Positions 31,538-38,005 of a DNA stretch of 38,005 bases are shown piece by piece. The notes below the pieces were generated by a model. The model did not search any database and was not told where the DNA came from. It saw only the letters and a list, made by a program, of their open reading frames with translations. The number at the start of each line of letters is the position of its first letter. The first letter of the stretch is position 1. Origin of the DNA: Paramoeba atlantica (Eukaryota > Protista > Discosea); the NCBI GenBank assembly GCA_977017575.1, contig CDRNVI010000106.1, positions 1 to 38,005 of the forward strand, read 5' to 3'. A program made the translations under genes and the position numbers.

Positions 31538-33034
31538 CTTGTTGACTCTTACCGCTATCTGGGAAACATTCAGGATTCAGGCGTTTCTTCGCCAGTAAAA
31601 GACCGCTTAAGGCTCACCTGGGCCGCATTTCGGAAGCTCAAGGGCATTTGGGACTCGCCACTGAGTGCATCAACAAAACTGCGTTTGTTTGATTGCCTCG
31701 TTTACCCAATCATGACCTTTGGTGCCGCTTCGCTTTCCATATCCAACAAAATGCTTCGGCAAACAGAAGTTGAGCTCAATATGATGCGAAGATTTTGCTG
31801 TAATTGTGCTAAATTGGACGAGTTTGGACACTGCTACCCTATCGAGTCACTTTATTGCGGCACTCCTCGTTTCTCCACCGTACATCGCGTTAGTCGGGCT
31901 AAAATTGTTGGTCACATTCTAAGGCACTCATTCATGTTTCGAGATCTTATCCAGTGGAAATGCAGCGATAGGAAACGAAATCTCTCACCAAGCGAAGCTT
32001 GCTTTCACGATCTGGACATTACCGAAGAACAAGCCCTCGTATACGCTCAGGATCGAGATCACTGGAAAAAGTTATGTGAAGATTTAAAGGTAGCACTCGA
32101 ACCGCTTCCGGATTACGAAAGACTCTCTTCTCCTAGATGGAAAAGTAAACATGCCCACGCCTTGAAGCAAGATACGCCTTACGATTTGCAATTTGTCGAA
32201 GAAAGTTCTGATCCTTTTCCATTAAAAGATGATGAGGTTCACTTCTATATTGATGGTTCAGTCCGTGCCTTGCGGGTGACAAACGAGATCAGAGCAGGTG
32301 CTGGAATTGTTGTGCTTCAACGATGGACAACCGATAAATGTTTTTCCTTAACATTAGATGTTGATAGTGCCGAGCAAGCTGAGGCTGAATCTTTTCGAGA
32401 GGCGCTTAAAAGAATACCGGACGGAGCAAAAGATATCGTAGTACACACAGATTCGTTCTATGTGTGGAACTTCTTTCATCACGTTCGCATCCGGAGACGG
32501 GTAATAGGGTATGACCGCGTCGTCAACAGAAACATTCTACAAGATATAGATCATCAGGTGCGGAAACTAAAATCTCAGAATGTTAATTTGTATGTGTGCA
32601 AAGTTAAATCTCATAATGGGAACGAATATAACGACAAAGCTGATGTCTTGGCTCTTTCGGCGTCACGAAGGCCGTTAAAATCACAAGAGGCAAAGAGGTT
32701 GAAGACGACAAAAGCTCCTTCTTCTTCTTCTTCTGACCCAATATCCTCGCCAGAAGCGACACTCATATTGCGCCCAAGAAGGAATGTTGACACTATTTCA
32801 TCCAAACGCAAGAATAACACTACTGCAAGTGGGGCTCTATCCAAAAAGGGTAGCTCACTGTCTGGAGAGCCTGGAGTGAAACCGTCTGAAAAAACGAATG
32901 CTATGATCCTGAGTAGGCCTGATGTCGGTAAAGAAAAAAGTTGCAAGGGAAATAGGGAGTCTGATAAGATCGTGGAAACAAAGGGAAAGAAGTCTCCCAA
33001 GAGAAAGAAGGCTTCACGAAAATTAGAACAGTAG
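31538..33034 (+). CDS. RT-thumb/RNase H ORF remnant, copy 4
   Basis: Translation identical to copy 1. Confidence 0.9.
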   Translation, partial: LVDSYRYLGNIQDSGVSSPVKDRLRLTWAAFRKLKGIWDSPLSASTKLRLFDCLVYPIMTFGAASLSISNKMLRQTEVELNMMRRFCCNCAKLDEFGHCYPIESLYCGTPRFSTVHRVSRAKIVGHILRHSFMFRDLIQWKCSDRKRNLSPSEACFHDLDITEEQALVYAQDRDHWKKLCEDLKVALEPLPDYERLSSPRWKSKHAHALKQDTPYDLQFVEESSDPFPLKDDEVHFYIDGSVRALRVTNEIRAGAGIVVLQRWTTDKCFSLTLDVDSAEQAEAESFREALKRIPDGAKDIVVHTDSFYVWNFFHHVRIRRRVIGYDRVVNRNILQDIDHQVRKLKSQNVNLYVCKVKSHNGNEYNDKADVLALSASRRPLKSQEAKRLKTTKAPSSSSSDPISSPEATLILRPRRNVDTISSKRKNNTTASGALSKKGSSLSGEPGVKPSEKTNAMILSRPDVGKEKSCKGNRESDKIVETKGKKSPKRKKASRKLEQ

Positions 33035-33085
33035 TATCTTTAATCGGTTTTTAACCGATCTATTAGGATAGGATAGGATAGGAGG
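31538..33085 (+). mobile_element. Non-LTR retrotransposon, copy 4
   Basis: Same ends, TSD and tail as copy 1. Confidence 0.93.
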
Positions 33086-33715
33086 ATTGTAATAGTGTGG
33101 TGGAAAAACGTCGGTTTCACACGAAACTCGCATCCACCGTGCGACCCCATTCCGTGGAGAACGATCTTTGTTTTCTTCGATCGCACTGATTCCGTTAGAT
33201 GCACAGAGCGTGATTTCACGTGAATCGAACAATTCCGCGAGATGTTTTACTTGGGGCAAAGCAGGGCAGCACATGAACAATGAAAACAGGACGCGCAATG
33301 GCGCGGAACACCTTCCACGTGACACCTTCCGAAACGCGTTCTGCACAATCCAGGTATAAAACAACGAATTTCTTCGCCCGGCCGTTGCAAAGACCCACCC
33401 CTTACCGATAGATTTCGTAGCTCTGCTCTAAACGTGAACGCATCGTGCTCAACCTCTCTTCCCGACTATGTCATCGCAAAAATTGTATGTGTCACTTCTG
33501 GGCCGTTCGCATGGGCATGTGTTGGGCACACTCAAACCCCCATTTCATTCATCAATGCGACCTACGGTTGTGAATGTCGCCTTGCTTGGGGGGGGGGGGG
33601 GGGGCTGTAAGGATCGTTAAGCGAGCGAAATCGGGGAGTTTCCATTATGACATGAATTAGCAAGGTAAAGTGCACCGCTATGGACACACAAAATTCGAGA
33701 CACACCACGACGGAA

Positions 33716-33796
33716 GCGTCCATACCCAAGTGGTTAAGGGGCCTGACTTGAAATCAGGTGTGTTCTCACGCGCAGGTTCGAACCCTGCTGGGCGCG
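33716..33796 (+). tRNA. tRNA-Ser(UGA), copy 13
   Basis: Same sequence as copy 1. Confidence 0.95.
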
Positions 33797-34592
33797 TTTT
33801 TGCGATTCTCTTCGTTCACAATCGTGTGGCCGCTTTTGGGCGCGCGCGAGAGACGCAACGTGAATCGCAGAAGCAATGGTACATTTTAGGGTATTTTCTT
33901 TGCTGAAATGAAGTCTTTTTGGCCTGTGTAGCAGATGACGTTTTGGCGGCAGAGACGGTGAATGGGTAGATGGCCGTGCGCGTGTCAAATGTAAAAGCCC
34001 GAAAAGTGTACCGCTTTTTAGCGCATCATATCTTAAAATTCAAAATGACGTCAGATTTACCTCTTTCCGCCTGCACGGTGAAGGGGGGTTTTCAGATATC
34101 TCTGGACGCGACGTTTGCATGACTTCCGTGCATGGCGTGCGTCGATTGCGAAACGCCGAACCAGCAAGCTACACCTCCTGAGTGGTCGTGCTTCGCGCGA
34201 TATTTTCTGTAGAGATAGAGTTTTTCCGTTAGTCAGTATGATTGCGAAACAAAACGTGGGTTTCGCCAGTCCACTTTTTGTCCGTTCTTCCCTGAATCAA
34301 ATCTTAAACAATTTTAACCCTTTCTAATTGATGAGCGTTCTGATCGCTCGTGCTTTGCTCTGATATTTGCTTTGGGCACTCTTTTCACATGATTTCACTG
34401 ATACTATAAGACTTCCCCTCTTCTAACGCAAGAATTTGTTGTCATCGGACATTCTTTTAGTCAAATCAATGCTTGATTGCACAAGCTTCCTGCATCTCAA
34501 GGGGGGGGGTTGTATTTCTCTACACCTCTTTCACTTTTCACCTGCTCTTCCAAGCAACAGGGTCACAGGGCGCGCGCGTATTGTAATAGTGT

Positions 34593-36089
34593 CTTGTTGA
34601 CTCTTACCGCTATCTGGGAAACATTCAGGATTCAGGCGTTTCTTCGCCAGTAAAAGACCGCTTAAGGCTCACCTGGGCCGCATTTCGGAAGCTCAAGGGC
34701 ATTTGGGACTCGCCACTGAGTGCATCAACAAAACTGCGTTTGTTTGATTGCCTCGTTTACCCAATCATGACCTTTGGTGCCGCTTCGCTTTCCATATCCA
34801 ACAAAATGCTTCGGCAAACAGAAGTTGAGCTCAATATGATGCGAAGATTTTGCTGTAATTGTGCTAAATTGGACGAGTTTGGACACTGCTACCCTATCGA
34901 GTCACTTTATTGCGGCACTCCTCGTTTCTCCACCGTACATCGCGTTAGTCGGGCTAAAATTGTTGGTCACATTCTAAGGCACTCATTCATGTTTCGAGAT
35001 CTTATCCAGTGGAAATGCAGCGATAGGAAACGAAATCTCTCACCAAGCGAAGCTTGCTTTCACGATCTGGACATTACCGAAGAACAAGCCCTCGTATACG
35101 CTCAGGATCGAGATCACTGGAAAAAGTTATGTGAAGATTTAAAGGTAGCACTCGAACCGCTTCCGGATTACGAAAGACTCTCTTCTCCTAGATGGAAAAG
35201 TAAACATGCCCACGCCTTGAAGCAAGATACGCCTTACGATTTGCAATTTGTCGAAGAAAGTTCTGATCCTTTTCCATTAAAAGATGATGAGGTTCACTTC
35301 TATATTGATGGTTCAGTCCGTGCCTTGCGGGTGACAAACGAGATCAGAGCAGGTGCTGGAATTGTTGTGCTTCAACGATGGACAACCGATAAATGTTTTT
35401 CCTTAACATTAGATGTTGATAGTGCCGAGCAAGCTGAGGCTGAATCTTTTCGAGAGGCGCTTAAAAGAATACCGGACGGAGCAAAAGATATCGTAGTACA
35501 CACAGATTCGTTCTATGTGTGGAACTTCTTTCATCACGTTCGCATCCGGAGACGGGTAATAGGGTATGACCGCGTCGTCAACAGAAACATTCTACAAGAT
35601 ATAGATCATCAGGTGCGGAAACTAAAATCTCAGAATGTTAATTTGTATGTGTGCAAAGTTAAATCTCATAATGGGAACGAATATAACGACAAAGCTGATG
35701 TCTTGGCTCTTTCGGCGTCACGAAGGCCGTTAAAATCACAAGAGGCAAAGAGGTTGAAGACGACAAAAGCTCCTTCTTCTTCTTCTTCTGACCCAATATC
35801 CTCGCCAGAAGCGACACTCATATTGCGCCCAAGAAGGAATGTTGACACTATTTCATCCAAACGCAAGAATAACACTACTGCAAGTGGGGCTCTATCCAAA
35901 AAGGGTAGCTCACTGTCTGGAGAGCCTGGAGTGAAACCGTCTGAAAAAACGAATGCTATGATCCTGAGTAGGCCTGATGTCGGTAAAGAAAAAAGTTGCA
36001 AGGGAAATAGGGAGTCTGATAAGATCGTGGAAACAAAGGGAAAGAAGTCTCCCAAGAGAAAGAAGGCTTCACGAAAATTAGAACAGTAG
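34593..36089 (+). CDS. RT-thumb/RNase H ORF remnant, copy 5
   Basis: Translation identical to copy 1. Confidence 0.9.
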   Translation, partial: LVDSYRYLGNIQDSGVSSPVKDRLRLTWAAFRKLKGIWDSPLSASTKLRLFDCLVYPIMTFGAASLSISNKMLRQTEVELNMMRRFCCNCAKLDEFGHCYPIESLYCGTPRFSTVHRVSRAKIVGHILRHSFMFRDLIQWKCSDRKRNLSPSEACFHDLDITEEQALVYAQDRDHWKKLCEDLKVALEPLPDYERLSSPRWKSKHAHALKQDTPYDLQFVEESSDPFPLKDDEVHFYIDGSVRALRVTNEIRAGAGIVVLQRWTTDKCFSLTLDVDSAEQAEAESFREALKRIPDGAKDIVVHTDSFYVWNFFHHVRIRRRVIGYDRVVNRNILQDIDHQVRKLKSQNVNLYVCKVKSHNGNEYNDKADVLALSASRRPLKSQEAKRLKTTKAPSSSSSDPISSPEATLILRPRRNVDTISSKRKNNTTASGALSKKGSSLSGEPGVKPSEKTNAMILSRPDVGKEKSCKGNRESDKIVETKGKKSPKRKKASRKLEQ

Positions 36090-36140
36090 TATCTTTAATC
36101 GGTTTTTAACCGATCTATTAGGATAGGATAGGATAGGAGG
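34593..36140 (+). mobile_element. Non-LTR retrotransposon, copy 5
   Basis: Same ends, TSD and tail as copy 1. Confidence 0.93.
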
Positions 36141-36767
36141 ATTGTAATAGTGTGGTGGAAAAACGTCGGTTTCACACGAAACTCGCATCCACCGTGCGAC
36201 CCCATTCCGTGGAGAACGATCTTTGTTTTCTTCGATCGCACTGATTCCGTTAGATGCACAGAGCGTGATTTCACGTGAATCGAACAATTCCGCGAGATGT
36301 TTTACTTGGGGCAAAGCAGGGCAGCACATGAACAATGAAAACAGGACGCGCAATGGCGCGGAACACCTTCCACGTGACACCTTCCGAAACGCGTTCTGCA
36401 CAATCCAGGTATAAAACAACGAATTTCTTCGCCCGGCCGTTGCAAAGACCCACCCCTTACCGATAGATTTCGTAGCTCTGCTCTAAACGTGAACGCATCG
36501 TGCTCAACCTCTCTTCCCGACTATGTCATCGCAAAAATTGTATGTGTCACTTCTGGGCCGTTCGCATGGGCATGTGTTGGGCACACTCAAACCCCCATTT
36601 CATTCATCAATGCGACCTACGGTTGTGAATGTCGCCTTGCTTGGGGGGGGGGGGGGCTGTAAGGATCGTTAAGCGAGCGAAATCGGGGAGTTTCCATTAT
36701 GACATGAATTAGCAAGGTAAAGTGCACCGCTATGGACACACAAAATTCGAGACACACCACGACGGAA

Positions 36768-36848
36768 GCGTCCATACCCAAGTGGTTAAGGGGCCTGACT
36801 TGAAATCAGGTGTGTTCTCACGCGCAGGTTCGAACCCTGCTGGGCGCG
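36768..36848 (+). tRNA. tRNA-Ser(UGA), copy 14
   Basis: Same sequence as copy 1. Confidence 0.95.
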
Positions 36849-37643
36849 TTTTTGCGATTCTCTTCGTTCACAATCGTGTGGCCGCTTTTGGGCGCGCGCG
36901 AGAGACGCAACGTGAATCGCAGAAGCAATGGTACATTTTAGGGTATTTTCTTTGCTGAAATGAAGTCTTTTTGGCCTGTGTAGCAGATGACGTTTTGGCG
37001 GCAGAGACGGTGAATGGGTAGATGGCCGTGCGCGTGTCAAATGTAAAAGCCCGAAAAGTGTACCGCTTTTTAGCGCATCATATCTTAAAATTCAAAATGA
37101 CGTCAGATTTACCTCTTTCCGCCTGCACGGTGAAGGGGGGTTTTCAGATATCTCTGGACGCGACGTTTGCATGACTTCCGTGCATGGCGTGCGTCGATTG
37201 CGAAACGCCGAACCAGCAAGCTACACCTCCTGAGTGGTCGTGCTTCGCGCGATATTTTCTGTAGAGATAGAGTTTTTCCGTTAGTCAGTATGATTGCGAA
37301 ACAAAACGTGGGTTTCGCCAGTCCACTTTTTGTCCGTTCTTCCCTGAATCAAATCTTAAACAATTTTAACCCTTTCTAATTGATGAGCGTTCTGATCGCT
37401 CGTGCTTTGCTCTGATATTTGCTTTGGGCACTCTTTTCACATGATTTCACTGATACTATAAGACTTCCCCTCTTCTAACGCAAGAATTTGTTGTCATCGG
37501 ACATTCTTTTAGTCAAATCAATGCTTGATTGCACAAGCTTCCTGCATCTCAAGGGGGGGGTTGTATTTCTCTACACCTCTTTCACTTTTCACCTGCTCTT
37601 CCAAGCAACAGGGTCACAGGGCGCGCGCGTATTGTAATAGTGT

Positions 37644-38005
37644 CTTGTTGACTCTTACCGCTATCTGGGAAACATTCAGGATTCAGGCGTTTCTTCGCCA
37701 GTAAAAGACCGCTTAAGGCTCACCTGGGCCGCATTTCGGAAGCTCAAGGGCATTTGGGACTCGCCACTGAGTGCATCAACAAAACTGCGTTTGTTTGATT
37801 GCCTCGTTTACCCAATCATGACCTTTGGTGCCGCTTCGCTTTCCATATCCAACAAAATGCTTCGGCAAACAGAAGTTGAGCTCAATATGATGCGAAGATT
37901 TTGCTGTAATTGTGCTAAATTGGACGAGTTTGGACACTGCTACCCTATCGAGTCACTTTATTGCGGCACTCCTCGTTTCTCCACCGTACATCGCGTTAGT
38001 CGGGC
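37644..38005 (+). mobile_element. Non-LTR retrotransposon, copy 6 (runs off the window end)
   Basis: Same 5' junction ATTGTAATAGTGT|CTTGTTGAC at 37631-37652. Confidence 0.9.

Larger units (their letters stand above)
21580..38005 (+). repeat. Tandem array of retrotransposon-containing tRNA-Ser units (3050-3055 bp; five complete, one partial)
   Basis: Marker recurs at 21904, 24954, 28006, 31060, 34115, 37167. Each unit is the empty unit plus 1561 bp (1548-bp element + 13-bp TSD). G tract is G12-G17. Confidence 0.98.

Noticed and set aside
8171-38005. CRISPR array
   Set aside because: Repeat unit is 1.5-3 kb with no unique spacers and no cas genes.
22382-38005. Six independent site-specific retrotransposition events
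   Set aside because: Identical 5' truncation and a shared flanking SNP indicate a single event copied with the array.

Overview
The window joins two unrelated kinds of DNA. (1) Bases 1-8170 are an AT-rich, tightly coupled bacterial-type operon on the + strand that looks like an uncharacterised ACP-dependent biosynthetic cluster. It encodes the 3' end of a PLP-dependent decarboxylase, an ACP, a ketosynthase-like protein lacking the catalytic Cys, a broken acyl-CoA-dehydrogenase-like gene, a full acyl-CoA dehydrogenase, a frameshifted MATE-like exporter, an AMP-dependent ligase, a DltA-like stand-alone adenylation enzyme, and a KAS III-like enzyme cut off mid-gene. (2) From 8171 to the end is a near-identical tandem array of a eukaryote-type tRNA-Ser(UGA) gene (81 nt, no CCA, T5 Pol III terminator). 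It has 14 complete tRNA copies. Nine ~1.49-kb units are empty. They are followed by five complete and one partial ~3.05-kb units, each carrying the same 1548-bp 5'-truncated non-LTR retrotransposon. The element has a 13-bp TSD, a (TAGGA)n tail, a 3' hairpin, an RTE-clade-like RT C-terminus and an intact RNase H domain. The bacterial/eukaryotic junction lies in the last 6 nt of a tRNA gene. It may be a misassembly or chimera, or a real insertion. All motif assignments are by eye and no database searches were run.
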